In this document: positions 37,994 to 47,467 of the stretch, piece after piece
Position numbering within the stretch: position 1 is the stretch's first letter
Layout: each line of letters starts with the position of its first letter
Virus record (IMG/VR): IMGVR_UViG_3300028887_000075
Coordinates: 64,001 to 128,000 of that record
Strand: one strand, 5' to 3'
From: a virus
Taxonomy: Duplodnaviria; Caudoviricetes
Length of the DNA: 64,000 nucleotides
The notes under the pieces: generated by a model
The model's input: only the letters and a program-made list of their open reading frames with translations
Database searches by the model: none
What the model was told of the DNA's origin: nothing
Made by a program: the position numbers and the translations under genes

Positions 37994-38181
37994 TAAATTC
38001 CCTGATGATTTACAACCGGATGCGGGGTGACCCGGCATTCAAGAAATGGTCCTACGAAGAAATGATAATGAACTTGTATTATTATCTGAATGTAGTGGAC
38101 AAGCAGTATTATGCCAACCTAGCAACCCTTGATGCCATCGTAACGGACATCAAGAAGGCATTCTGCATCATAAGGGACTGA
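37990..38181 (+). CDS. Hypothetical protein
   Basis: ATGA coupling. Confidence 0.55.
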   Translation: MINSLMIYNRMRGDPAFKKWSYEEMIMNLYYYLNVVDKQYYANLATLDAIVTDIKKAFCIIRD

Positions 38182-38183
38182 AA

Positions 38184-38471
38184 ATGATAGATGCTTCCCT
38201 GTGCCCGGTTGACTGGCAGGCCTACATGGACAGTGTCGACCAGGCAATAGCCATGATTTCCAACCTGGACAAGGTTCCCGAGGCAACCCGGGACGAGATA
38301 ATTGCCCTGCTCGAGGTAGACCGGGTCTCCGGATATACCGACCCGAAGGTGGAGACCTGGGAGGACTCGCGGTACTATGCCGAGCTGATTGTTCCCGATT
38401 CCGCTTCAGTACCCGAGGCTGACCGGCTGTACCGGGTAATCGAGGAACTTTCCTGCGGAAATTCCTTATAG
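38184..38471 (+). CDS. Hypothetical protein
   Basis: Co-oriented ORF. Confidence 0.55.
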   Translation: MIDASLCPVDWQAYMDSVDQAIAMISNLDKVPEATRDEIIALLEVDRVSGYTDPKVETWEDSRYYAELIVPDSASVPEADRLYRVIEELSCGNSL

Positions 38472-38497
38472 TTAGTGCACATATGCGCATCAGTTAG

Positions 38498-38528
38498 CCT
38501 CCCGGTAGCCTCCGGGAGGTTTCTTTTT
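38498..38528 (+). terminator. Intrinsic terminator
   Basis: CCTCCCGG-tagcct-CCGGGAGG followed by TTTCTTTTT. Confidence 0.7.
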
Positions 38529-38538
38529 GCTATATTTG
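38527..38538 (+). promoter_or_regulatory. TTGCTATATTTG promoter motif
   Basis: Exact motif overlapping the terminator T-tract. Confidence 0.7.
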
Positions 38539-38565
38539 TGATATACATTTAACAAGGAACAAAAT

Positions 38566-39021
38566 ATGGATTCAAAAGTATGCTCAATCTGTGGCTTCCC
38601 GCTGAAGCACTTCTGGCGGAACGCCGACCCGATAAAGAACGACATCTGTTGCGACCGTTGCTTTACGATGACGGTGATTCCAGCCCGCGAGGAGAAAATC
38701 CGGGAGTGGAACGCCGAGGAGAAGCTCCGCACTACCCTGGTAGAGAACAGGGGGAAGGCCGAGCAGGTGGATACCGGCTGCCCCACGGGCAAAATCCGCT
38801 ACAAGACCAAGATTGACGCCGAGTACGCCCTGTACAAGTGCGGGGCGAAGCAGACAGGGAACCGGCACGAGAAGGCAGTCTACTTCTGCCAGCAGTGCCA
38901 GTCGTTCCACCTGACGAGCCACGACCTGCTGCCGTCCTGGAAGGACCGGAACCGCCCCGGCAACTACGTTAACCCCGGTCCGGCGAAATATGTACCCACG
39001 TCCCGTGACGTGGACTGGTGA
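38566..39021 (+). CDS. Zinc-finger hypothetical protein
   Basis: CSICG...CCDRC and CPTGK.RY...YFCQQC..FHLTS. Confidence 0.65.
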   Translation: MDSKVCSICGFPLKHFWRNADPIKNDICCDRCFTMTVIPAREEKIREWNAEEKLRTTLVENRGKAEQVDTGCPTGKIRYKTKIDAEYALYKCGAKQTGNRHEKAVYFCQQCQSFHLTSHDLLPSWKDRNRPGNYVNPGPAKYVPTSRDVDW

Positions 39022-39022
39022 T

Positions 39023-39034
39023 TTGCTATATTTG
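39023..39034 (+). promoter_or_regulatory. TTGCTATATTTG promoter motif
   Basis: Exact motif between genes. Confidence 0.7.
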
Positions 39035-39071
39035 GCAGGCAGAAATGCAACCACATCATAAAGGAGAAAAA

Positions 39072-39374
39072 ATGAAGAAATTAATCTGTGCCTTGCTCAT
39101 TCTCGCCGGTCTCGCCTCGGCGGACGACATGTGCGTCGTGACATTCAAGATTAAGCAGGTGACCTATACCCTGAGCATCAGCGAGCACCTGAAGAACGAG
39201 GCGAACAAGCAGTACCTGCAGATTCCGGTGGACTGTGAGTTCTACCACACGCTCAGAGTAGACCAGGAAATACACGGACAGTTCAAGATGGGTTCCATTT
39301 TCTTCAACGGAGACCTATCCAAGCTCAAGGTAACTGTGCACGAAAAGAAGGTGATGCCCAGGCCGGGCAAATAA
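39072..39374 (+). CDS. Secreted hypothetical protein
   Basis: AAGGAG RBS; MKKLICALLILAGLASA signal. Confidence 0.7.
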   Translation: MKKLICALLILAGLASADDMCVVTFKIKQVTYTLSISEHLKNEANKQYLQIPVDCEFYHTLRVDQEIHGQFKMGSIFFNGDLSKLKVTVHEKKVMPRPGK

Positions 39375-39386
39375 TTGCTATATTTG
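39375..39386 (+). promoter_or_regulatory. TTGCTATATTTG promoter motif
   Basis: Exact motif directly after the stop codon. Confidence 0.7.
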
Positions 39387-39415
39387 TACCGGAACACAAC
39401 AGCATCGAGGCAAAT

Positions 39416-39775
39416 ATGGACAATAACGACGATATCTGGGCCGGCGGCTCCATCCGCAAGGCCAACGACGGGAAGACTTACGACAAGTGGGCCGTCCAGC
39501 ACATGATTAACTCCGGGAAGTTCGCCCGGGAAGATTCCGGGTTCATCGACATCATGAAGATAGTCGGGCTTGTACTCGGCATATTCGCGCTCATCTACTT
39601 CTCGGTATGCGGCCCGGCCATGTGGCACAATTCGCTGGTCGTATGTTCCGGTGGCAGCTGCACCACCTATACGGACTGGAAGGTAATCGGCGAGGACACC
39701 AAGACCGGCGTACTGGAAGTATGGGCGGGCGGACGCCTGCAGAGACTTTCCAACGGGACCTGGCACTACGAATAG
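39416..39775 (+). CDS. Membrane-anchored hypothetical protein
   Basis: Central TM segment. Confidence 0.65.
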   Translation: MDNNDDIWAGGSIRKANDGKTYDKWAVQHMINSGKFAREDSGFIDIMKIVGLVLGIFALIYFSVCGPAMWHNSLVVCSGGSCTTYTDWKVIGEDTKTGVLEVWAGGRLQRLSNGTWHYE

Positions 39776-39785
39776 GGAGAAAAAT

Positions 39786-40067
39786 ATGTCAGAAGACCAG
39801 AAGCACTGGACTCAGGAAGACATCGACCGGATGGAAGAGCAGGTCAGCAAGCTCAAGATTAGTATTGAGCAGGCCAAAGCATACCTTCGTTTGGAAAAAG
39901 TAGGATATCTCGACGAGTATTACAAGCGGGAACTTACCGGGAAGGTCATAATGACCGAACACCCGTGGCCAGACGGCCAGAGTGATTACATGTACATCAC
40001 ATATGTCAATGTGGAGATGGAAAGGCCGAAGGAACTGGACGGTGTCGTCGGTTTTACTGTTGGATAG
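39786..40067 (+). CDS. Hypothetical protein
   Basis: GGAG RBS. Confidence 0.55.
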   Translation: MSEDQKHWTQEDIDRMEEQVSKLKISIEQAKAYLRLEKVGYLDEYYKRELTGKVIMTEHPWPDGQSDYMYITYVNVEMERPKELDGVVGFTVG

Positions 40068-40076
40068 GGGGTAATT

Positions 40077-40376
40077 ATGCCTAAAAAGTACAAGGGAATC
40101 ACGCCGGAACAGGCGCACGAGATTACGATGCAGTGCATCAACTGGAAGCCAATTCTCCAGGCCGAACTTGACGATAAAGTACCGGCCGCAGCCAGGAACG
40201 GCGAGACCAGCGTCATGCTCGACATAACGCATCCGTATGCCGACGGCCGGTTCGACGACGGCCTTATTGACAAGATAATCGGCCTGCTTGATTCTATGGG
40301 CTGGAACTGTAGCAGAAATAAGGAAAACGGCACCCACGGTTTCTTCGCTAGCCACCTTTTCAAGGTGAACTGGTAG
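40077..40376 (+). CDS. Hypothetical protein
   Basis: Co-oriented ORF. Confidence 0.6.
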   Translation: MPKKYKGITPEQAHEITMQCINWKPILQAELDDKVPAAARNGETSVMLDITHPYADGRFDDGLIDKIIGLLDSMGWNCSRNKENGTHGFFASHLFKVNW

Positions 40377-40408
40377 GACTATGCATCTAGTATTAAAGGG
40401 TAGGTAAC

Positions 40409-40642
40409 ATGAGTATAGCAAGGGAATACTACGACAGCGAAGGAAACTACTGGCAGATTGAAACACCACACTACATTCCTCCGGCAGAAGCAATCAAAAA
40501 CCCGGCCTACGTGCGAGGGTTCGTATCAGCCGACGACAGGAAGTGGCAAAAGTATTTCAAAAAGGAAATCCTACGAAATAGCAAGACATTGGCCTTCATT
40601 GGCATCGTGGTCATGACCATAGTTTCATTGTTCTTGCTTTGA
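40409..40642 (+). CDS. Small protein with C-terminal TM segment
   Basis: Hydrophobic C-terminus. Confidence 0.55.
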   Translation: MSIAREYYDSEGNYWQIETPHYIPPAEAIKNPAYVRGFVSADDRKWQKYFKKEILRNSKTLAFIGIVVMTIVSLFLL

Positions 40643-40652
40643 AGGAGATGAT

Positions 40653-40943
40653 ATGACCGCAATGGATAAATCGAGAAAAATATTAGATAGCATCATGCGT
40701 ATTCTAAAAATAGATAAATTGCCTAGAGGTTCATTCGTGGAAGGGTTTGGCTCGGTGGCTTATATTCGATACAACGGAAATATTCAGTGCAAGACCGACG
40801 ATGATACCGCAATGACTGATGAACTTGCCGATGAGATGGCTCTCAAAATAATCGAGCGGGAAGGTGTACCTAAGTACAACGGCTCACCGGATTTTCTGGC
40901 GCCGGATGACTTGCCACCGTGTCTAAGAAGTAGAGGAGCATAG
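40653..40943 (+). CDS. Hypothetical protein
   Basis: AAGGAG RBS. Confidence 0.55.
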   Translation: MTAMDKSRKILDSIMRILKIDKLPRGSFVEGFGSVAYIRYNGNIQCKTDDDTAMTDELADEMALKIIEREGVPKYNGSPDFLAPDDLPPCLRSRGA

Positions 40944-40944
40944 G

Positions 40945-41709
40945 ATGCCATTGAAGAAGATTGGAATAACGGAAACGTATGACCCGTGCTTCGTGCCCGA
41001 CTGGGAAACGAAACTCTTGGAGGCGAATATCGTAATTTCCAAGGAATTGAACGATGAGATGATTGAGAAGCTCTTGATTGTCAAGGACAGGGTCATCTTC
41101 CACCATACGGTCACCGGGCAGGGCGGCTCCGTTTTGGAACCTAACGTGAATCCTCCGGCAGTCGAGTTTGAACAGTTCAAGAAACTAATATCCAGTGGGT
41201 TCCCCTGGACTCATTATGTACTACGCGTAGACCCGATAATACTGCTTGACTCGAAAACTCAGGAACGCGTACTGAATGTATTGACCATGTGGCACTCATA
41301 CGCGTCAGTCTTTCTGCATGACGTCATCAGGTGCCGGATATCCGTGGTAGACCTGTATCCGCATGCAAGGGAGCGCCTTGCTGCCGCCGGTGTAGATGTA
41401 TTCTATGACGGGTTTAAGGCGCCGCCTGCAGTGTTCGCCAGGATAGCCAAGATAATCGACCCTTACAATGATTATCTGGATTTCGAATGCTGTGCCGAGC
41501 CCGGCTTTGCAAGGTATGGCTTCATCAAGCAGATGGGATGTGCCAGTCACGAAGATATCAGGCGTCTGGGGCTTAACCCCGACGACTATGGAATGCCTGA
41601 GACTAAACAGCGTGGCGACTGCCTTTGCCTGGCGAAGAAGCAGATTTTAGGTGTTAAGCCGGGCAGATGCCCTCATGGTTGTCTGTACTGTTTCTGGAAG
41701 GATAAGTGA
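40945..41709 (+). CDS. DUF1848-like (spore-photoproduct-lyase-related) Fe-S protein
   Basis: T.TG.G...LEPNV, LRVDPI, CCAE, QR..C.C, C-terminal CPHGCLYC. Confidence 0.7.
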   Translation: MPLKKIGITETYDPCFVPDWETKLLEANIVISKELNDEMIEKLLIVKDRVIFHHTVTGQGGSVLEPNVNPPAVEFEQFKKLISSGFPWTHYVLRVDPIILLDSKTQERVLNVLTMWHSYASVFLHDVIRCRISVVDLYPHARERLAAAGVDVFYDGFKAPPAVFARIAKIIDPYNDYLDFECCAEPGFARYGFIKQMGCASHEDIRRLGLNPDDYGMPETKQRGDCLCLAKKQILGVKPGRCPHGCLYCFWKDK

Positions 41710-41995
41710 TATGCACCTGGAACCTATATTTGGACTTATCATACGGAAGGAAACCAGGGACGCGATGTGTCACGAGGAAGCTGCCGGCGGAATCAAGGAG
41801 CCATAATGCAAGAAGAGCAATTTAAAATCATTGGCCGGAGCGTGTTCCCGGCAATAAAGTTCTATCGCAACGGGAATGCTGTAATCGCACAGCTTCCGCA
41901 CGGGGATTCCAGTCTATCGCTCGCTGAGAGGGACGCAATCGAGACATTGGCGGAAGAACTGGAAAACGATTCGCACTAGGACTTAAGGAATTATC

Positions 41996-42157
41996 ATGAA
42001 AAAGAAAAAATACGAGAAACCCGAAATTGAGACCCTGGAAATGGAGACCGAAGAACTGCTGGCGCATTCAGGGCACGGAAATTCCAACCACGGGCACGAG
42101 ACGGCATGCTCCCACGGGGCGCATGCGTGGTTCTGCGATGACGAGGGGGACGACTGA
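41996..42157 (+). CDS. 53-aa RiPP-precursor-like peptide (absent from the ORF track)
   Basis: MKKKKYEKPEIETLEMETEELLAHSGHGNSNHGHETACSHGAHAWFCDDEGDD; AAGGA RBS; TGATG coupling to the next gene. Confidence 0.7.
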   Translation: MKKKKYEKPEIETLEMETEELLAHSGHGNSNHGHETACSHGAHAWFCDDEGDD

Positions 42158-42651
42158 TGACCCTGCCGATATTTGCCCTTGTTGCCACTATAGCGTTGAT
42201 GCTTGCCATAATCATTGCGTGCATCATCGCCGCAGTCACCACAATTCGTAGCGAATGGGCTGACCGTAACCTGCATTTGCACAACCTAACATGGCCGTAC
42301 CGCGTCGTGGAGACGATGGAGGGGAAGTTCATGGTGCAGCGGTATGTCAGACGGAAAAAGTACTTCGAATGGGCAGAGGTGAACCAGTATGACTCGCTCG
42401 ATACAGCCAAGGACATCTGCATAATGTATACGGCAATCCTCATGAAAAATCGATATAATACGATGACGAAAGAGGAGCGGGAAAGGATGCGCGACTACAA
42501 TAACAGTGTAAAGCAGGTCGTTCCCATAGGCCACCTTACCGAGCAGGTATGTTCGTACATGAAGCGCAGTGAAACCCTGTCCGACCTGGACAGAAACGAA
42601 CTGGACTACATCACGAGCAAGGAATTCGTAACTACGCACGGAGATAAGTGA
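42157..42651 (+). CDS. Membrane-anchored hypothetical protein
   Basis: N-terminal TM segment. Confidence 0.65.
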   Translation: MTLPIFALVATIALMLAIIIACIIAAVTTIRSEWADRNLHLHNLTWPYRVVETMEGKFMVQRYVRRKKYFEWAEVNQYDSLDTAKDICIMYTAILMKNRYNTMTKEERERMRDYNNSVKQVVPIGHLTEQVCSYMKRSETLSDLDRNELDYITSKEFVTTHGDK

Positions 42652-42652
42652 T

Positions 42653-43060
42653 ATGATAGAATACAAGGGAATGAAACTGGAAGAGTTCACGTCGGACAAG
42701 CCGGTCGTGTTCGATGAACCTAGAAAATCGTTATTATGGGATAATTCCGGCAACACCTGCGATGGGTGGCTACTTGCGTATATTCCCGGGCGAGATAAGC
42801 CAGCCATATCAAAACGGCATGTCTGGGTTCACTGTGCCATACTCCCTCCTCCCCGCATTGCGACCAACCGCGAACTGCAGGCATGGTGCGCCCAGGGAAA
42901 GGGACAGGTACACTACTCCGGGGCAGTCAACGTCCACTCGTTCTATTCCTACCAGAACGAGGAGGACGACACCCTGGTTACAAAGGATATTTCCGTGCGC
43001 AAGTGGGGGGATACCGTCTGGCACGAACCTACGACCGAATACCTGGGACTTACTGAATGA
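42653..43060 (+). CDS. Hypothetical protein
   Basis: Coupled ORF. Confidence 0.65.
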   Translation: MIEYKGMKLEEFTSDKPVVFDEPRKSLLWDNSGNTCDGWLLAYIPGRDKPAISKRHVWVHCAILPPPRIATNRELQAWCAQGKGQVHYSGAVNVHSFYSYQNEEDDTLVTKDISVRKWGDTVWHEPTTEYLGLTE

Positions 43061-43392
43061 GCAATCCCGAGTCCATAGACTGGAAGGAAGTCCGCCGGAG
43101 AATCGCGGAGACTCCCGTCATCGTCCCTCCCGGTCCCTCCCGGAAATCCCTGGAGAGGCGCCGTAGGAGAGACCGGGAGCGGTGGCGGAAGTACTACAAA
43201 GAGAACCCCGAGCACTGCCACGCCAGGCAGAAGGAATGGGAACTGGCGAACCCGGAGAAGGTGAAGGCCAAGAGGCAACGGTGCTACGAGAAAATGAAGC
43301 AGGACCCGGTACGCCTCGAGAGGAAGCGCCAGAGGAACCGGGAGTACAAGGCAAGGAAAAGACTTGAGAAACTGACCGCACAGGCGGCATAG
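43057..43392 (+). CDS. Highly basic hypothetical protein
   Basis: Arg/Lys-rich with NPE repeats; ATGA coupling. Confidence 0.6.
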   Translation: MSNPESIDWKEVRRRIAETPVIVPPGPSRKSLERRRRRDRERWRKYYKENPEHCHARQKEWELANPEKVKAKRQRCYEKMKQDPVRLERKRQRNREYKARKRLEKLTAQAA

Positions 43393-43399
43393 GAATACC

Positions 43400-43876
43400 A
43401 TGGCAAGGAAATACAAGAAATCCGTCTATTTCGGCATAGTGGCAGATTGCGACTGCAGGGCAGTTGCCATGTGCAACCTGTTCTACGAGCCTTCCGGAAA
43501 GCCCCGTGTAGGCCATCTGAAGGCCGACCGGTATCAGGAATTCGACTACGACAGGTTCATGCGGAAAGGATATGCCGAAACCTCCCACGGATACACGGTA
43601 TTGAAACGGGATGTCGACGTATTTGCCACTGCAGCGAAAGCGTTCGGAAATGACGGGTTCAACCGGTTCATCGCCTCGATAATCCGACTGAGCGCACTGG
43701 AAGACGCCCTGGATGCACCGGGAGTGGGTGACCGGATACTCTACTTGGCCAAGATGAGCCTACACAGGACAGGAGGAAAGTTGGCACACATGGAACTAAT
43801 GCATGACAGCATGCTCAGGCTGGACAAGTTCGTACTGGACCGGGGGTTCGCTGCTACCAAGGAGTCACCCAAATGA
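43400..43876 (+). CDS. Hypothetical protein
   Basis: AGGA RBS. Confidence 0.6.
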   Translation: MARKYKKSVYFGIVADCDCRAVAMCNLFYEPSGKPRVGHLKADRYQEFDYDRFMRKGYAETSHGYTVLKRDVDVFATAAKAFGNDGFNRFIASIIRLSALEDALDAPGVGDRILYLAKMSLHRTGGKLAHMELMHDSMLRLDKFVLDRGFAATKESPK

Positions 43877-44103
43877 CCATAGACTTCAACGAGATGTCCG
43901 ACGACCGGTACTGGAACCAGGAACCGGTCCTTCTCCTTGTAGGAAATACCGTCCACGAGGCGATGTTCGAGAACAGCCGCGGGTGGTTTTACCTGTACAA
44001 CCACATGCAGTTCACTGACGAGGGCGAATACGAGGACCTCCCGGACTATATCGACGAATACGATGAGCGTCTCCGGGGATGGGCGTTCGCCCGGCAGATA
44101 TAA
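43873..44103 (+). CDS. Hypothetical protein
   Basis: ATGA coupling; ends at a terminator. Confidence 0.6.
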   Translation: MTIDFNEMSDDRYWNQEPVLLLVGNTVHEAMFENSRGWFYLYNHMQFTDEGEYEDLPDYIDEYDERLRGWAFARQI

Positions 44104-44135
44104 AAAACCGGTGTCCCAAAGGACACCGGCTTTTT
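44102..44135. terminator. Bidirectional intrinsic terminator
   Basis: AAAAAA-CCGGTGTCC-caaa-GGACACCGG-cTTTTT between convergent gene blocks. Confidence 0.85.
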
Positions 44136-44151
44136 CTTATGGCAAACTCAA

Positions 44152-44826
44152 TCAGGCCCGCCGGACATCCACTATATTTTCCAGTTTCTTACTGGCTTCA
44201 TGCATGTCCCTGGCCATGACCTTGACTTCCTCCTGTACGAGGTCGCTCCCCTTAATCTTCCTGTCCTGCATCTCCTGCCATGTCAGGTAGCGGGTCACAA
44301 TGAAGGGGATTTCGGAGCGGTCGTCCTCGAACAGTTTCCTGACACGGTCGAACTTGTCCTTCGTTATCTCCTTGAACTGGATGTGGCGCATGTTGTTGTA
44401 GTCCAGCCTCACGGGGAACCTGTTCCCGAACACGTCGGTGCACGACATCTCTATGTATCCACGCCCGTACATCTCGTTAACCGCCCAGAATCCGTCGACG
44501 TATAGGTACAGCTTCTGCCTCCGGTAGACGGGCTCGCCACGGTTCGTATAGTTTTTCTCACCGTGGTGCGGCGCATAGGCCGATTCCGGCTTCTGGAAGT
44601 ACGAACAGTTGTCAAACCTGGTACCTACCTGCTGTACGTCGATAAAGGCGATGTACCGCATGGCATATCTCTTGAAGAACCGGGCCACGAACCTGTCTCG
44701 GTCGGTCAGGTCGGCACCGTCGTTGAACGCGAACTCCTTGTACTTCGTGTTGATGTACTCGGAATGCTCGGTGAAAGCCTTCCAGACGCGCTCGACTGTC
44801 TTCTGCGGTATCATGTCGTACTTCAT
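44152..44826 (-). CDS. Hypothetical protein
   Basis: AAGGA RBS before MKYDMIPQK. Confidence 0.65.
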   Translation of the reverse strand: MKYDMIPQKTVERVWKAFTEHSEYINTKYKEFAFNDGADLTDRDRFVARFFKRYAMRYIAFIDVQQVGTRFDNCSYFQKPESAYAPHHGEKNYTNRGEPVYRRQKLYLYVDGFWAVNEMYGRGYIEMSCTDVFGNRFPVRLDYNNMRHIQFKEITKDKFDRVRKLFEDDRSEIPFIVTRYLTWQEMQDRKIKGSDLVQEEVKVMARDMHEASKKLENIVDVRRA

Positions 44827-44996
44827 CTGGATTCCTTTTGGGTAAATATGGCAGGCACCGGGTATATATGGTCGATGTACGGGCAGAATACCTCGGTAGT
44901 CACCGGGATGCTGGCACAAAGAATCTTCAGTCCCTTCTTGATGTCCCCCTCAGCTCCGGGAATCGGGTGTATGCCGATAGCGCTCATGGTGGTCTC

Positions 44997-45359
44997 CTAC
45001 ATTGCGGCATTCATACCGAAGTTTGCGTTCCCCCAATTGACTGCCTGCTCCCGGGTTGCGAAGAAATGTATCCCTTCCGCGCAGTCGGTATGCGGGTTTG
45101 GGTCCAGGCTGGTCATGGCGGTATCGCCGATATTATACGGGAATTCCTTGTTGAACCACGAGTGGGCTGCCGGGTCAAGTATCATCATGTTGCTATTCTG
45201 GCTAGACCAGAATTTTACCGGTACTATCTTGTCGGTCCGGTAGAAACCTCCCCCGGAATGCACCACGGTGGCATCCATCGGTATATCCAGTTCCAGGATG
45301 TACCATCTGAACTCGGTATAGCGGATAACCGCCTTGTATCCTTTGGTTGGGCGTTCCAT
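44997..45359 (-). CDS. DUF5758-like protein
   Basis: GYK...I.EL.IP.DA...R...Y.IG...D.N....CA.GIHFF.TRE.A. Confidence 0.6.
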   Translation of the reverse strand: MERPTKGYKAVIRYTEFRWYILELDIPMDATVVHSGGGFYRTDKIVPVKFWSSQNSNMMILDPAAHSWFNKEFPYNIGDTAMTSLDPNPHTDCAEGIHFFATREQAVNWGNANFGMNAAM

Positions 45360-45360
45360 A

Positions 45361-45543
45361 TTATCTCCCGATGCATCCGATGTAGTCGATGAAAATGGGT
45401 TTATTGGCAAGTTCGGTCAGTTCTTCCGGTGACAGCCCGATGCCTCCACGGGGCGGCTGGGTGGCAGTCACGACAACACACGAATGTTTTATGACAAATT
45501 CGCGAATTTCCTTGTATTTCCTTTGTAGTTCGGTATAATCCAT
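45361..45543 (-). CDS. Small hypothetical protein
   Basis: GGAGG RBS; VVVTATQ and IFIDYI segments. Confidence 0.55.
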   Translation of the reverse strand: MDYTELQRKYKEIREFVIKHSCVVVTATQPPRGGIGLSPEELTELANKPIFIDYIGCIGR

Positions 45544-45544
45544 A

Positions 45545-45787
45545 TTAGTTTTCCTCCTTATGAGGTCCCCTCCGGTGTGCATCGCGTTCGTTGACTATGG
45601 AGAAGTCCACGCCGTTCTGCTTGCACAGGGCCTCGAAGTCGGCTATCTTCTCGTTCAGGTAGTATTCTTCCATTTCAGCCTTGAGTGACTCCCGGTCGCA
45701 CTTCTGGGTGAGTTCCCTGAGCTGCTTCTGGTACTTGCCGCAGAGCGCCTTCAGTTGGTCTATATTGTCAGGTATCTTTATTGCCAT
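45545..45787 (-). CDS. Coiled-coil hypothetical protein
   Basis: TTGCTATATTTG on the minus strand at 45794-45805. Confidence 0.65.
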   Translation of the reverse strand: MAIKIPDNIDQLKALCGKYQKQLRELTQKCDRESLKAEMEEYYLNEKIADFEALCKQNGVDFSIVNERDAHRRGPHKEEN

Positions 45788-45841
45788 ATGCCACAAATAT
45801 AGCAAAAAAGTGGCCTAGTGCGGCCACTTGACTTCCTTTAC

Positions 45842-46429
45842 CTATACCTTCGATATGTAGTCGATTAGGTCGTACTTCATCGACTGTATAAGGCAGTTGT
45901 TGGTATCGTCCCCTGTGAACCTACCGAGCAGGTCACATGACATGTCCTCGCTCAGGTGCAGGTATGACGGAATCTTGTCCGGCATTATCTTTTCCACCAT
46001 TTCCTTCAGTTTCATAGCACAGGCTTCAAGTGTAGTCCCTTCCCTCTCGTTCGAGTCGCACAGCTTGCATATGGCAGTTCCACGTATGTAGTCGGCAAAT
46101 TCATTTGCCAGTTCGGCGAGGAACTGGTTGACCATCTCGGTAGTAACCTCTTCCCACGGGACTGGATATCTGCCGCCATATAGTTTGAGTGGAGTATTGG
46201 CCTTCCCGCAGTACAGGAAATACTCGCTGGCTATGTAGTATTCCGTGCCGTCCGGAGCATACAGGTTTGTCCTGAGGTTCGTAGCATACACTGCCTTGAT
46301 GTACTTCTCGAGCATATCCAGTTCTGGCCCGGGATACTCGGAGATGGCCCGGGAGAACTCGTAGATGTTCCACTTGGGCGGTTCGATAGGCGGTTCCATC
46401 GCGTCAATGAAATCTTCTGTGTTGCTCAT
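45842..46429 (-). CDS. Hypothetical protein
   Basis: ORF in minus-strand run. Confidence 0.65.
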   Translation of the reverse strand: MSNTEDFIDAMEPPIEPPKWNIYEFSRAISEYPGPELDMLEKYIKAVYATNLRTNLYAPDGTEYYIASEYFLYCGKANTPLKLYGGRYPVPWEEVTTEMVNQFLAELANEFADYIRGTAICKLCDSNEREGTTLEACAMKLKEMVEKIMPDKIPSYLHLSEDMSCDLLGRFTGDDTNNCLIQSMKYDLIDYISKV

Positions 46430-46432
46430 ACG

Positions 46433-46840
46433 TCACTCCATCGGCGTCTGCCACATGTAATCATTTGTGAAATACAGGGACCACGGGCCCATCACGATAT
46501 GCCCGTCGTAGTATCCGTTGAGAAGCACCTTGAACGGCTTCCCTTCCTTTTCCATGTACGGGATGAGGGTGTTCAGGGTCTTTCCTGGTGCCGAGTCATA
46601 CAGCTCAACCTCGACGGACCACTTGCCGTCGGCACCCTTCTCGGGCTTCCCGGTTACCTTCCCGGCAACCTTGCCCATGTCCAGCTCGAACGGTGCGCGT
46701 ACCTGGCCATAGGTGACGTACAGTTCCGCTATCACCGGCCAGTCAGTCCTGCGGCGTGCCTCCACCGAAGCCATATACCGTTCCACCAGTTCGTCCGAGG
46801 TATGCCCCGGGAGCTCCGGGATAATCATCTCGAACTTCAT
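46433..46840 (-). CDS. Hypothetical protein
   Basis: ORF in minus-strand run. Confidence 0.65.
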   Translation of the reverse strand: MKFEMIIPELPGHTSDELVERYMASVEARRRTDWPVIAELYVTYGQVRAPFELDMGKVAGKVTGKPEKGADGKWSVEVELYDSAPGKTLNTLIPYMEKEGKPFKVLLNGYYDGHIVMGPWSLYFTNDYMWQTPME

Positions 46841-46843
46841 ATG

Positions 46844-47188
46844 TCATTCTCCCGTGGCAGGACTGTATTCCTCATGGCCGGTGATGCCAATCATTACTTC
46901 CTGCTTGTATATGGTGTATCCTTCTTCTGCAAGGCGACTGACCTGGGCCTTCGCCTCGCCGATATCCTTGGTTTCCAGGTAGGCTTCCTCGTAAGGCCTT
47001 CGGAACTCCACCTGGTTATACCGGGAGGTCAGTATGCGGGTGGCCGTACCGTTCTTGCATTCCCGGGAGAACCATACGGTATACTGGGACTTGCCTATAA
47101 GCCTATTGCTGGCACTGATACCGTCGGGCAGCCGGAAACCCGGATACGCCGAAGCTATCATGGAGACTACGGTAGGTACTGCTATCAT
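46844..47188 (-). CDS. Hypothetical protein
   Basis: AAGGAG RBS, ATGA coupling. Confidence 0.6.
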   Translation of the reverse strand: MIAVPTVVSMIASAYPGFRLPDGISASNRLIGKSQYTVWFSRECKNGTATRILTSRYNQVEFRRPYEEAYLETKDIGEAKAQVSRLAEEGYTIYKQEVMIGITGHEEYSPATGE

Positions 47189-47457
47189 GGGTTCTCCTTT
47201 CTGAAGTAGATGTTGTTGGCCTTGATGATAGGCTGACCGCCCCAGTAGCATTTATCACCGAATTTCAGCATGAAGTCCCACAGCTGCATCTTGGCCAGCT
47301 GCTTCTTCTCACCATCCACCATGTAGTCGGCCACGTGGTACTTGATGAAGTCAGCCAGTCCCTGGGGGTCGTCCCCTAACGCCTCGAGCGTCCCCTTGTT
47401 CAGCTCGAAGTAGATTGTATCGTTCAGGTTCACCGTGCTAAGGTTGAGTTCTTCCAT
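47185..47457 (-). CDS. Hypothetical protein
   Basis: GGAGG RBS before MEELNL. Confidence 0.6.
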   Translation of the reverse strand: MEELNLSTVNLNDTIYFELNKGTLEALGDDPQGLADFIKYHVADYMVDGEKKQLAKMQLWDFMLKFGDKCYWGGQPIIKANNIYFRKENP

Positions 47458-47467
47458 GTTGTCCTCC

